Source: the human T2T-CHM13v2.0 reference genome, Homo sapiens. From it: a stretch of 64,000 nt of DNA. The notes under the pieces are model-generated. The model was not told the origin of the DNA and searched no databases. It was given only the letters and a program-made list of their open reading frames with translations. The stretch lies in the NCBI RefSeq assembly GCF_009914755.1, contig NC_060929.1; one strand, 5' to 3'. Below are positions 30,901-43,855 of the stretch, in pieces. Numbering within the stretch: position 1 is the stretch's first letter; each line of letters opens with the position of its first letter. The translations under genes were made by a program, and so were the position numbers.

Positions 30901-33446
30901 CAACCCAGCAATTCCCTGTACAGAGCCTCCAGGGGCAAATGAAAGCCTCTCTGCTACACCCTCTGCAGTGGAACTGCCCTTACCATCCTTGGAATAATGA
31001 AGGAGCAAAAACCCTAAGTACCTTATCCACACCTCCAACAAGCTGCAGTTGACCCAAGGAGAGGAGGCCAGTCCATCTCCCATGGGTCCCATACACACCC
31101 CGCTGCTCATCACCAGACAGCGAACCCCTGGCTTGGGCCCACAGCACAGACCTTCCATCCTGATCTGACTGCACTAAGCAATTGCTGACCTGCATCATTC
31201 TGGTGTGGAGCCCCCAGGAGACAAGCAAAGAATCCTTGGCCACAACTATTACTAAGATCTCTTTCTCTGCTGCCTACAAATCGGGGAAGGAACATAAACA
31301 CTGAGATCACCCCAGAGCTGCAGTGGGTAGTCCAGGAGTGCCAAGTCATGATCTACAGCCAGCACTCGAGGGGGAGAAGAACCCACACTGTCAGAACATT
31401 AAGAGGGAACATGGCCAAACTGTGAGAAAACATAGGGGAGCCACAGAACCAAACAAGAGTCTACCAATTGACCAATAAGCCTAAGTGCCACCTGCTGGAT
31501 CACACCTCGAAGCTTCAACACCAAAAATACCTCACTAACATACCCACCTCTAAAACCAGAGACAAAAAGGCAGCTTCAAATAAACACTTTGCACAATGCC
31601 TTGGTCCAGTGAATACACCCAGAAAAAAAAAAAGTCTACTGACTATCCTCACTCTACACTGAAGTTAAAGGAACACCCACATGCAGAGATGAGAAAGAAG
31701 CTGTGAAAGAACTCCAGTGACTCAAGTGGACAGAGTGTTTTATGTCCTCCAAATGACTGCTACCAGATAATACAAAGACACACTTAACCACACAGACCAG
31801 TGTCACTGTAAAGCCATACAAACCATACAAAGAGGCTAACATAATCACCAGCTAACAGTACAGTGACAGGACCAAATCCACACATATCAATAGTAACCTT
31901 GGGTATAAAGGGGCTAAATGCCCCACTTAAAAGTCACAGAGGAAAGTGGGATAAAAAGGCAAAACCCAATGGTATGCTGTTTTCAGAGACTCATCTCACA
32001 TGTAATGACACCCATAGGCCCAAAATAAATAGATGGAGGTAAATCTACCAAGCAAATGGAAAACAGAAGAAAGCAGGGTTCCAGTCCTAATTTCAGAAAA
32101 AAAACCATACCTCACACCAACAAAGATAAAAAAGACAAAGACGGGCATATAATGGTAAGTGATTCAATTCAACAAGATGATCTAACAATCCTAAATATAT
32201 ATGCATCCAATACAAGAGCACCCAGATTCATAAAGCAAGTTCTTAGAAATCTAAAAAGAGATATAGGCTCCCACACAATAATTGTGGGAGACTTCAACAC
32301 TCCACTGACAGTATTAGACAGATCATTGAGCCATAAAATTTACAAAGATATTAAAATTAACAAAGATACTAAAATTAACAAAGGACCAAACCTCGACCTT
32401 GGACAAAATGGATCTAATAGAATTTTAAAGAACTCTCCACCCCAAAACAATAGAATATACATTCTTCTCATCACCACAGGGCACATACTCTAAAATCAGC
32501 CACATAATTGGACATAAAACAATCCTGAACAAATGTAAAAGAAATGCAATCATACCAAACATACTCTGAGACCAGAGCACAATAAAAATAGAAGTCAGCA
32601 CAATTAAAATTATTCAAAACCATGCAATTACATGAAAATTAGACAACATGCCCTGAATGACTTTTGGGTAAATAATGAAATTAAAACAGAAGTCACCAAG
32701 TTCTTTGAAAATAATGAGAACAAAGATACAACATACCAGGATATCTTGGACACAGCTAAGGCAGTATTAAGAAAGACACTCATAGCACTAAATAACCACA
32801 TCAAAAAGTTAGAAAGATCTCAAATTAACAACACAATCTCACAACAAAGAATTAGAGAAAGAAGAACAAATCAACCTTGCAGCTAGCAGAAGACAAGAAA
32901 TGCAAAAATCAGAGGTGAACTGAAGGAAATCAAGCCAAGAAAAACCATTCAAAAGATCAATGAATCCAGGAGTTGTTTTAGAAAATAAAATATATAGACC
33001 ACTAGCTAGATTAACAAAGAAGAAAAGAGAGAAGGTCCAAATAAACACAATTAGAAATGTTGAAGGGAATGTTACTACTGACCCCATAGAGATAAAAACA
33101 ACCATTAAAAACTACTGTGAACACATCTATGCACACAAACTAAAAAATCTAGAAGAGATGGGTAAGTTTCTGGACACATACACCCCCCTGAGACTGAGCG
33201 TGGAAGAAATTGATTCCCTGAACATACCAATAATGAGCTCTGGAATTGAATCAGTAATAAATAGTCTACCAACCATGAAAAATCCAGAACCTGATAGATT
33301 CACAGCTGAACTCCACAAGATGTACAAAGAAGAGCTGGTTCCATTTCTACAAAAACTATTTGAAAAAATTCAGAAGAATGGACTCCTCCCCAACTCATTC
33401 TATGAGGCCACTATCATCTTGATACAAAAACCTGGCAGAGACATGA

Positions 33447-33545
<99 letters not shown>

Positions 33546-33947
33546 TGAATGCACCACGATCAAGTAGGCTTCATCCCTGGGAGGCAAGGTTTGTTCAACA
33601 TATGCAAATTAATAAATGTGATTCAACACATAAACAGAACTAAAGACAAAAACCACATGATTATCTCAACAGATGCAGAAAAGATACATTCAATAACCCT
33701 CCAAGAAAAGATACATTCAACAACCCTCCATGTTAAAAACTCTCAATAAATTATTGAAAGAACATACCTCAAAATAATAAAAGCCACCTATGACAAACTC
33801 ACATCCAACATTATAATGAATGGGCAAAAGTTGGAAGCATTCCCATTGAAAACCAGCAAAAGACAGGATGCCCCCTCTCACCACTTCTATTCAACATAAT
33901 ATTGGAGTCCTAGCCAGAGTAATCAGGCAAGAGAAAGAAATAAAGGG

Positions 33948-36278
33948 TGATATGGTTTGGCTGTGTCCCCACCCAAATCTCATCTTAAATTATAGTTCCT
34001 ATAATCTCCAGGGGTCATGGGAGGGACCTAGTGGGAGGTAACTGAATCACAGGGGCGGTTATTCCCATGCTGCTGTTCTCATTATAGTGAATGGGTTCTC
34101 AGAAGATCTGATGGATTTATAAGGGGCTTTTCCTCACTTTTGCTTGGCACTTCTCTTTCCTGCAGCAATGTGAAGAAGGATGTGTTTGCTTCCCTTTCTG
34201 TCACGATTGCAAATTTCCTGAGGCTTCCCCTGCATGCTGAACTGTGAGTCAATTAAACTTTATAAATTACCCAGTCTCAGGTATATCTTTATTAGCAGCA
34301 TGAGAATGGACTAATACAGTAAATTTGTACTGAGGGAGTGGGGCACTGCTATACAGATATCTGAAAATGTGGAAACAACTTTGGAACTGGGTATCAGGCA
34401 GAGGTTGGAGCAGTTTGGAGGCCTCAGAAGAAGACAGGAAAATGTAGGAAAGTTTAGAACTTCTTAGAGACTTGGAGGGCCCAGAAGATAGGAAGATGTG
34501 GGAAAGTTTGGAACTTCTCAGAGACTTGTTGAATGACTTTGACCAAAATGCTGACAGTGTTATGGACAATCAACTGAGGTAGATTCATGGAGATAAGGAA
34601 CTTTCTGGGAACTGGAGTAAAGGTCACCTTTGTCAGGCTTTAGCAAAAAGACGTGGCATTTTGCCTCTGCCCTAAAGATGTGTGGAATTTTGAACTTGAG
34701 AGACATGACTTAGAGTACCTGGCAGAAGAAATTTTAAGAGGCAATGAGTTCAAGAGGAAGCAGAGCATAAAAGTTTGGAAAATTTGCAGCCTGATGATGT
34801 GATAGAAAAGAAAAACCCATTTACTGCAGAGAAATACAAGTCTGCAGCAGAAATTTGCAGAAGTAATGAGGAACTGAATGTTAATCACCAAGAAAATGGG
34901 GGAAATGTCTCCAGGGCATGTCAGAGACCTTCAGGGAAGCCCCTTCCATCACAGGCCTGGAGGCCTAGGAGGGAAAATGGTTTTATGGACCAGACCCAGG
35001 GCTCCTGTGCTCTATGCAACCTTGGGACATGATGCCCTGCCTCCTAGCTGCATCAGTTCCAGCCGTGGCTAAAGGGAGCCAACATACAGTTCAGGCCATT
35101 GCTTCAGGCCCAGGATTTGGCAGCTTACACATGGTATTGGGCTTGTGGGTACACAGAAATCAAGAATTGAGGTTTAGGAACCTCTGCCTAGATTTCAAAG
35201 GATATAGGGAAATGCTTGACTGTCTAGGCAGAAGTTTGCTACAGGGGTGGAGCCCTCATGGACAATCTCTGCTAGGGTAGTGTGGAAAGGAAATGTGGGG
35301 TCAGAGCCCCCACACATAATCCCCACTGGGGCACTGCTTGGTGGAGCTGTGAGAAGAGGGCCACCATCTTCCAAATCCCAGAATGGTAGATACACCAACT
35401 TCTTGCACTGTGCACCTGGAAAAGCCAGACACTCAACACCAGCCCATGAAAGCAGCCAGGAGGGGTGTTGTACCCTGCAGAGCCACAGACACAGAGCTGC
35501 CCAAGGCCATGGAAGCCCACCTCTTGCATCAGTGTGCCTTGGATGTGAGACATGAAGTCAAAGAAGATCATCTTGAAATTTTAAGGTTTAATGACTGCTC
35601 TATTCAATTTTGGACTTGCATAGGGACTGTAGCCCCTTTTTTGGCCAATTTCTGCCTTTTGGAATGGGTGTATACTTACTGAATGTCTGTACTCCCATCG
35701 TATCTAGGAAGTAACTAAGTTGCTTTTGATTTTACATGCTCATAGGCAGATGGAACTTGCCTTGTCTCAGATGAGACTTTGGACTTGGACTTTTGAGTTA
35801 ATGCTGGAATGAGCTAAGACTTTGGGGGACTGTTGGAAGGGTATGATTGTGCTTTTAAATGTGTGGACATGAGATTTGGGAGGGGCTAGAGATGCAATGA
35901 TATGGTTTAGCTGTGTCCCCACACAAATCTCATCTTGAATTGTAGCTCCCATAATCCCCACATGTCAGGGAGGGACCCAGTGGGAGGTAATTGAATCATG
36001 GGGGTGGTTAATCCCATCCTGCTGTTCTTATGATAGTGAGGGAGTTCTCATGAGAGTTCCAATGGTTTTATGAGGTGCTTTTCCCCCTTTTGCTTGGCAC
36101 TTCTCTTTCTTGCTGCCATGTGAAAAAGGATATGTTTGCTTCCCCTTCTGCCATGATTATAAGTTTCCTGAGGCCTCCCCCAGCCATGCTGAACTGTGAG
36201 TTAATTAAATCTCTTTCCTTTATAAATTGCCCAGTCTCGAGTATGTCTTTATTAGCAGTGTGAGAATGGACTAACACA
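33948..36278 (+). mobile_element. Complete THE1 (THE1D-like) MaLR provirus: LTR 33948-34318, internal region, LTR 35898-36278
   Basis: Both LTRs start 'tgatatggttt' and end 'ggactaa[t/c]aca'; 5-bp TSD AAGGG at 33943-33947 and 36279-36283; L1 ORF2 resumes in register. Confidence 0.95.
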
Positions 36279-37115
36279 AAGGGCATGCAAATAGAAAGAG
36301 AGGAAGTCAAACAATCTTTATTTGCAGACAACATAATTCTGTATCTAGAAAACCTCAGTGTCTCAGCCCAAAAGCTCCTCCAGCTGATAAGCAACTTCAG
36401 CAAAGTTTCAGGATACAAAATCAATGTGCAAAAACCACTAGCATTCCTGTACACTAACAACAGCCAAACTGAGAGCCAAATAAAAGAGGCAATCCCATTC
36501 ACAATTGCCACTAAAAGAATAAAATACCTAGGAATACAGCTAACCAGGGAAGTAAAATATCTACAATGAGAATTACAAAATACTGCTCAAAAAAAAAAAA
36601 TCAAAGACATAAACAAATGGAAAAACAGTCAATGCTCATGCATAGGAAGAATCAATATTAAAATGACTATACTGCCCATAGCGATTTATAAATTCAATGC
36701 TATTCCTATCAAACTACCAATGACATTCTTCACAGAACAAGAAAAACAAACTATTTAAAAATTTCTATCAAACCAAAATGAAACCCTGAATAGTCAGGTG
36801 CAAAAAAAACAAAGCTGAAGCCATTACATTACTTGACTTTAAACTATACTACAAGGCTACAATAATCAAAACAACATGGTACTGGTACAAAAACAGCCAC
36901 ATAGACCAATGGAACCAAACAGAGAGCCCAGAAATAAGGCTGCACATCTACAACCACTGATTTTCAACAAAGCTGACAAACAATGGGGAAAAGACTCTCT
37001 ATTCAATAAATGGTGCTGGGATATCTGGCTAGCCATATGCAGAAGATTAAAGCTGGACCCCTTCCTTACACCATACACAAAAATCAACTCAAGGTGGATT
37101 AAAGACTTAAATGCA

Positions 37116-37236
37116 AGCCGAGCACAGGGGCTCATGCCTGTAATCCCAGTACTCTGGGAGGATGATGTGGTTAGATCACTTGAGGCTAGGAGTTTGACTA
37201 GCCTGGCCAATATGGCAAAACTCCACTGAAAATACA

Positions 37237-37267
<31 letters not shown>

Positions 37268-37422
37268 GGACATGGTGGCACATGCCTGCCTATAATCCCA
37301 GCTACTCAGGAGGCTGAGGCACAAGAATCCCTTGAACCCAATGGGTGAAGGTTGAGAGGTTGCAGTGAGCTGAGATCACACCACTGCACTCCAGCCTGGG
37401 TGAGAGAGTGAGACTCTGTCTC
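37116..37422 (+). mobile_element. Diverged Alu (J or old S) in L1 ORF2 with expanded central A tract
   Basis: Alu monomers around a ~29-nt A run; imperfect TSD agact[t/g]aaat. Confidence 0.85.
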
Positions 37423-38649
37423 GGCGGGAGGGCAGGGAGGCGGGGTGGAGACTGAAATCTAAAACACAAAACTAAAAAACCCTGGTGACAAACTAAGCAA
37501 TATCATCCCGAACATAGGAATAGGCAAAGATTTCATGACAAAAGACACCAGAAGCAACCACAACAAAAGCAAGAATTGACAAGTAGGATCTAATTAAACT
37601 TCAGAGCTTATGCACAGCAAGAGAAACTATCAACATAGTAAACAGAAAATTCAAAGAATGGGAGAACATGTTTGTAAACTGTGCATCTGACAAAGGTCTA
37701 ATATTCAGCATCTATAAGTAACTTAAACAAATTTACAAGAGAAAAACAACCCCACTAAAAAGTAAGCAAAGGACATGAACAGACATTTCTCAAAATAAAA
37801 CATAAATGTAGGCAACAATCATATGAAAAAAAGCTCAGTATCACTGATCATTAGAGAAATGTGAATCAAAACCACAATGAGATACTATCTCACACCAGTC
37901 AGAATGGATATTAATAAAAGGCAAAAAATAACCGGTGGTGGTGACGTTGCAGAGAAATGAGAACACTTATACACTGTCGGTGGGAGTGTAAATTAGTTCA
38001 ACTATTGCAGAAACCAGTACGCAAATTCCTCAAAGGGCTAAAGGCAGAACTACCATTGGACCCAGCAATTCCATTACTGGGTATATACTCAAAGGAATAT
38101 AAATCACTCTACCATACAGACACATGCACATGAATGTTCTTTGTAATACTATCCACAATAGCAAAGAGATGGAATCAACATAAATGACCATAAATGGCAA
38201 ACTGAATAAAGAAAATGTGGTACATATACACCATGGAAAACTACACAGCCTTAAAAAAGAATAAGATTATGTCTTTTGTGGGAACATGGATGGAGCTGGA
38301 AGCTATTATCCTTAGCAAACTAATGCGAGAACAGAAAACCTAATACTGCATGTTCTCCCTTATAATTGGGAACTAAGTGATAAAAACTTATGAACACAAA
38401 GAAGGAAACAATAGACACTGGGATCTACTTGACGGTGGAGGGTGGAAGGAGGGAGAGGAGCAGAAAAGATAACTATTGGGTACTGAGCTTAATACCTAGG
38501 TGATGAAATAATATGTACAACAAACCCCCATGATACATGTTAACCTATGTTACAAACCTTCACATGTACCCCCAAACCTACAAGTTTTTTCAGAAAGTGG
38601 GAACCTGACACTTAAACAACTTCTCACAGGGTCTGGGGCAGAGTTGGGA

Positions 38650-38803
38650 GGATCACCTGGAAAGAGTTTTAGACATGCCATTATTCATCTCTTACCCCTA
38701 AACCAACTAAATGAGTATCTCTGGGGATGGGATCTGACAGTGATCTTTCAAAAAAAGCTCTCCTAGATAATTCTAATGTAGCCAGATATGAAAAACTCCT
38801 GCT
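38650..38803. mobile_element. MER5-like hAT MITE fragment
   Basis: 'aaagctctcctagataattctaatgtagccag'. Confidence 0.5.
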
Positions 38804-38811
38804 CTAGACAA

Positions 38812-38983
38812 GTAGTAGTTCAAAGTGTAGTTCGTAGACCAGTATCACCTGGGTAATTGTAGAAATGCAGATTCTCAGGCCCCACCCAGCTCTGCTGAAA
38901 CAGAAGCTCTGCAGGTGGGATAATTTGTGTCTTAACAAGCCCTCCAGGTGATTCTGATGCTTGCTCAAGCTGGAGAACTACTG
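38812..38983. mobile_element. MER5A-like hAT MITE
   Basis: 'agaaatgcagattctcaggccccaccc...ttaacaagccctccaggtgattctgatgc...gagaactactg'. Confidence 0.85.
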
Positions 38984-39761
38984 ATTTAGATAAGTCATGT
39001 CAGACAAAAAAAAATCAGGAAGGCAGGCAGGTTGAAATTGCTCAGGTTGGAAGTCCACTGTGGTTCCCTTTTGTACTTTAAAGAAGAATGAAAATTGCAC
39101 ATCGCTGTCCCCCATACAGCTTTTGAGAGGGGAGAGCATCTAACCTTCCACCTTTATCTCTCAAAGAGCCAGGGAAAGACATAGACCTCTTGGTTCCAAC
39201 TGGATTTTAGGATTGTAAATAAAATGCAGAGACTAATAATGCAAAGTTGTCTGACCGACAGAAAGGACAGCTGACCCTTGTGCCTAAGAGGGAGGTAGGG
39301 AGAGAGGAAGGGAGGGAGGGCAAGGGCTTTCCAGACCAGAAAAGAATAACCTGAAAATAAAATGACTAAAAGTAAAGAAAAGAAAAATATCATCTATATC
39401 AAGAAACTGCAGATGGAAGTTTCCCTACACTGGAGCTTCCTAAGAAACCCACAAAGCAGCCTGGGAGAGGAAGAGCATTTGGGCAACTGCCATAGAGGGG
39501 CAGCAACACCAGCTCATTCAGTTTAGACTCTCATGTCCCATTCCCTCTCCTCTTTCCCTTCCCCTCCCTCACCCTGCAAGAGCCAGAAACAACTTCAAGG
39601 ATAGGGATGAAGGGGTGAAAAATCCAAGAGGGATCATCAAAGGGTAAATTATGCTCCTCTTCCCTATTGTGGGTTGCCTTCCAATCCTGGGGCGGGAACA
39701 GACTGGGAAAGGGGAAAAAATTTAATTGGGTAAGAGATAGAGGTTTGTATTTAGATAAAAC

Positions 39762-39827
39762 CAAAGTTTCTAATATCTGAAAATGAGACTTTCTCAAAGT
39801 TTCTAATATCTGAAAATGAGACTTTCT
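39762..39827. repeat. Perfect 33-bp tandem duplication
   Basis: caaagtttctaatatctgaaaatgagactttct x2 with no mismatches. Confidence 0.95.
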
Positions 39828-40194
39828 CCAATTCCTGAATATGATTAGAAAACTATGGGATCTGTCTGAAATCATTTCCCAGGATGAAGAAGGCAGAGCA
39901 GACAAAAAGAGTTCAAGAGCAAGGTAAAAATAAATAATGAAATAAAGTTTCTTCCTGCCAGCATCTTACCAATAAATAAAATAGTTACATGGAAACATTT
40001 CTAGATCCAGCCCAGAAGACACGTGTCCCCTGGTTCTCTTGAGGAAAGAAAATTAACATAGAGAAAATTAACAAAGAAAAATAACATACACTCAGTATAT
40101 GCCTTGAGGAAAGATATAGGATATGGGGATGATTCATATATTCCAAATCTTACTGATAAGGAAACTGACACTCTGACCAAGGAGGCAGCTGATA

Positions 40195-40315
40195 TTAATA
40201 ATGGCGATAGCCTTTGCTAAGTGCTATGCGCCAGCTGTGTGCTGAGAGTCTTGCAGGCATATTTCACTGAATCCTACAATAACCCTGGGAGGTAAGTTCT
40301 ATTATTATCCCCAGC
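40195..40315 (-). mobile_element. MIR fragment
   Basis: 'aatcctacaataaccctgggaggtaagttctattattatcccca'. Confidence 0.7.
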
Positions 40316-43300
40316 ACAGGAAGCCAAACTCAGGTCTTTCCTGTATCCTGCTTCACCATCCTAGGAAGCCTGGTGCTCTGGGAAGCCAAAGAGAAGCTTA
40401 AGGCAAGAAATCTCATTTTGCTTTCAATCTATAGTGAGGAAAAGGTACCATAGGCACCCCTAGAGTTAAAGAAAATGTGTTTTAGATTTAATGCCCACTT
40501 TTCTTTTCATGTCAGGAGCAGATCCTTGCAACAAAATTACAGAAGAGAGTGGATTTTACTAATTATCCATTTGTAGCCCAAAATTACTTGATTCATACCA
40601 ATAGTTACTGGGCTGTTTCAAAAATACTCATTTTCTCAATTTAAAGCTGTCAGACACAAACTCTTCAGTTGCAGCATGGTATAAAATTAACCACCAAGCA
40701 CATTTCTACTGCCAAGAATAAAGACTTAGAACCACAAAATGTGGATGGCTTACTGTGCTATAGTTAACTTTATAGTCAGCATTATTAGTTTCCTTCCCAA
40801 GGAGGAGCACAATATTAGGCTTGGACATATTGCTCAGTGGCAGGTAGTCTCAGAGAAATGTATTCCCAAGGAGTCATAGAAACTGTACTAGCTGAAGGAG
40901 AATAGTTATAGTATACAAGTGCACAAATTACAGAAGTAAGAAGGACAAGGATGCGGACAGCAAAACAATCATTCCAGTTTTCTCAGGGAATAGAATGTGA
41001 TATTTGTAAATCTTAGCTATGATGGTACTGAAATCCACAAAGACACCTTCAGTTACCACCTCAGCCTTTTATTTTTATCTGCATGGCAAGGTTACATTCT
41101 GTTGTTTCAGTAAAGAAATGCATTTTTCAATTTTATAGGCTATGTATTAAGAAATCTTACTGCATAGAGACTTCAGTTAGTTTTTAGAAATCAGTTTTAT
41201 AACCAATTCTGCATCCTCTCTATCTTTATGCTGAGCTTGTTTTGAGTAAATGTATTGCGTAGCCAATACCTTTCATTCCTTTGCTGTGTTAGGATTTGTT
41301 TTCTGGGTTCTTAACACATAAGACATAGTGTCATACACCATTGTGGAATTGGTTTTCAAGGCGGGCAATAAGAAAATGGAGGATTTGGAAAGGACCTAAA
41401 GGAAGCAAGAAACTGTCAGATTTCTTAAATATTTTTAACCTCTCCGAGTTTGCTCATTTTATTATCCCCTTTCTTTACCCCTTTGGATGATTCGTTATTA
41501 AACAATTAAAATAAAAAGATCGCGTATTCTGTCTTTGGGTACAGAAAGCAAAAGGGAAGGACTGCATCTGAGTCCTCAGCCAGATTCATTGAGACAGGGC
41601 ACCTCCCAACCCCTTGCACCAAACACACACAAGAAGTAAGAAGTTAAGGAGTAGCATCATCTAATGAGACAAGATTCCAGGCTCAGTTAAAACAGAAGAC
41701 ATAAAAGGAAGAAAGCCAGAGCCCTTGGGACAATGTGGGCCATGTTGTGGGAGATGAGGGGAGGTCACAACAGAGCAGTGACAAATGCACAATCCAGAGG
41801 ACTGCTGATCCTTGTTCTGCCTTCCCCTTTGGGGGCGGTAAGGATGGGGTTGTGTTTAGGCAAAGCACCGTACCACTGTAGCATATGCCAGACCAGCAGG
41901 GTCATGTTCAACAAAATGTTTTCAGTTGACTTTGTCTTGAAGAAGGTATAACCAAAACACTTTTCCCTATTTAGAGAATTTGATAAAGAATGTCCAGGCA
42001 TTTATTATTCTCTGGTATTGTGGGCCCATCAAGCCAAGCCAGAAACTGTCCCCTTAAACTAAAGAACTAAAGTGATTCTCCACAACTTGGTATGCTGAGC
42101 AGTTTTGAAATCAAAGTAAAACAGAATAGAAAAGTAGTTAAAAGGAGAGATTACTTGAGTCATCACATAGAAACGTTTCCTACAAGGTAGGCCTTTTTTG
42201 TTTGTTTGTTTGTTTAATTTCCCTCTCCAGAGCAAGCCCTCAAGGGGAAAGGAAAAAAAAAGATTTGTGTACACTGCTTATATTCAGACATTCACATTTG
42301 GAATATCTATTGAAACTACAACAAAATGATCTCAGAAACTTGGACAAACACTGCAATTTAAAAAATAATGACTGCTCCTTCCAAACCAATCTCAGAGGCA
42401 ACAAGGAGTATAGCACTGCAAGGAGTCATTCTGCAGTTCATAAAAACAATTCTGCTTTATGAAAATGGGTGATATAAGAAACAAGCAAACATTCTCTATT
42501 TCTGAAGCATCCACATTTCCTATGGTGGTATGTATATTAACCTGGATTATTCCCTTTTTAAGTAACATACTGTTACCTAAATTTGTTTCTTTTCTTCTTT
42601 GTCATATTTTTCTTATGCCACATTTGCACCGCTACAGTACAGAAACACCATGCTAGTAATTACATGTTCCTTACTATGTGTTTCTTCTCTGTTATGGGTT
42701 AATTCTTCTGATATTTGTCATGAAAACCTGGAAAATCGGATTTATGTTCATGGAAATAGAAGAAGAATGTTGGAAATGTCTGTCATCAATCCCAGATGTT
42801 CTGTCTGCTGAGATTCATAAAGCTGAAAGAGAATTTCAAGAAACTATTTGGGGATTTTAAAAACAGAATTTTATGTGGTCTGATATAATTTACTAATGTT
42901 CCAGAAGGGCAGATTACCTGAACAAATAGGTAGTTTCTCTTGAGCTCCTAGAGTTATTACTGATAAGACTGAACTAACTTTTGTGTGAGAGAATACACTG
43001 TTTATACATCAAAGGAATTCTCATGTATGCCTTGTGAGTACCAGAAAACAAGTGTCACACACCACCGAACACTTCAAATAATTATTGTATCAAAAGAGAG
43101 AGATGACACCAAAATTTCAACCAATTAAAAACATTAAAATACAAAACATGTAAGAGTAGCCATTGTTGTTTCCTACATGTACTGGTGATGGAGAATTGAA
43201 TATAAAATAAAATATGATGAAAGTCAGCTTTATGCATGGTGGATCTTACTACTCATGATCCTGCTCAGTTTCTCCTCAATTAGAAAAGTAAATTATTGTT

Positions 43301-43665
43301 TGGTCTACCAAATACTGTTTGTCTCGAGGAAACTGAAATAGTCCACAATGATTTGGTTCAGCCCCCTTGCTGTTCAGATGTCCATACTTAAATAATCCAA
43401 AATATGTAGTTGTTCATCTAATTTTTAAAGCCCCTCAGAAATAGAAATCTTATAATCTCTTCATTATAATAAGATGCTTCCTTCATATAAATTTACTCTT
43501 TCTGTTTACGATTAAACCCACTGCAGTGAAAGTAGATCTTACCATGGCAGCAGATAAGACTTTTTGTTCATTGATAAAGAATCAACAATACATGATAGGG
43601 AGCAGAGACAGCAGTAGGAAATAAAGAGAAATATTAAGACCATCTCATGAACACATGGCCTACAG

Positions 43666-43855
43666 CAGTGGTTCTCAAACTGTAGCCTATATCAGAATCA
43701 CTTGGAGAACATATTAAACAGATTGTTGGCCCCACCCCCAGAGTTTCTAATTTAGTAAGTCTGATGTAATATACCATCTAAAAAGTTTGCATTTCTAAAA
43801 ATTTCCCAGTGATGCTAACATTGCTAGTCCGGGGACCACATTTTGAGAACCACTG
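43666..43855. mobile_element. MER5A
   Basis: TIRs cagtggttctcaaa / tttgagaaccactg; ~190 bp. Confidence 0.9.

Noticed and set aside
34410-34530. ~54-bp tandem repeat in the THE1 internal region
   Set aside because: As I recall, this is a standard feature of THE1 internal consensus sequences.
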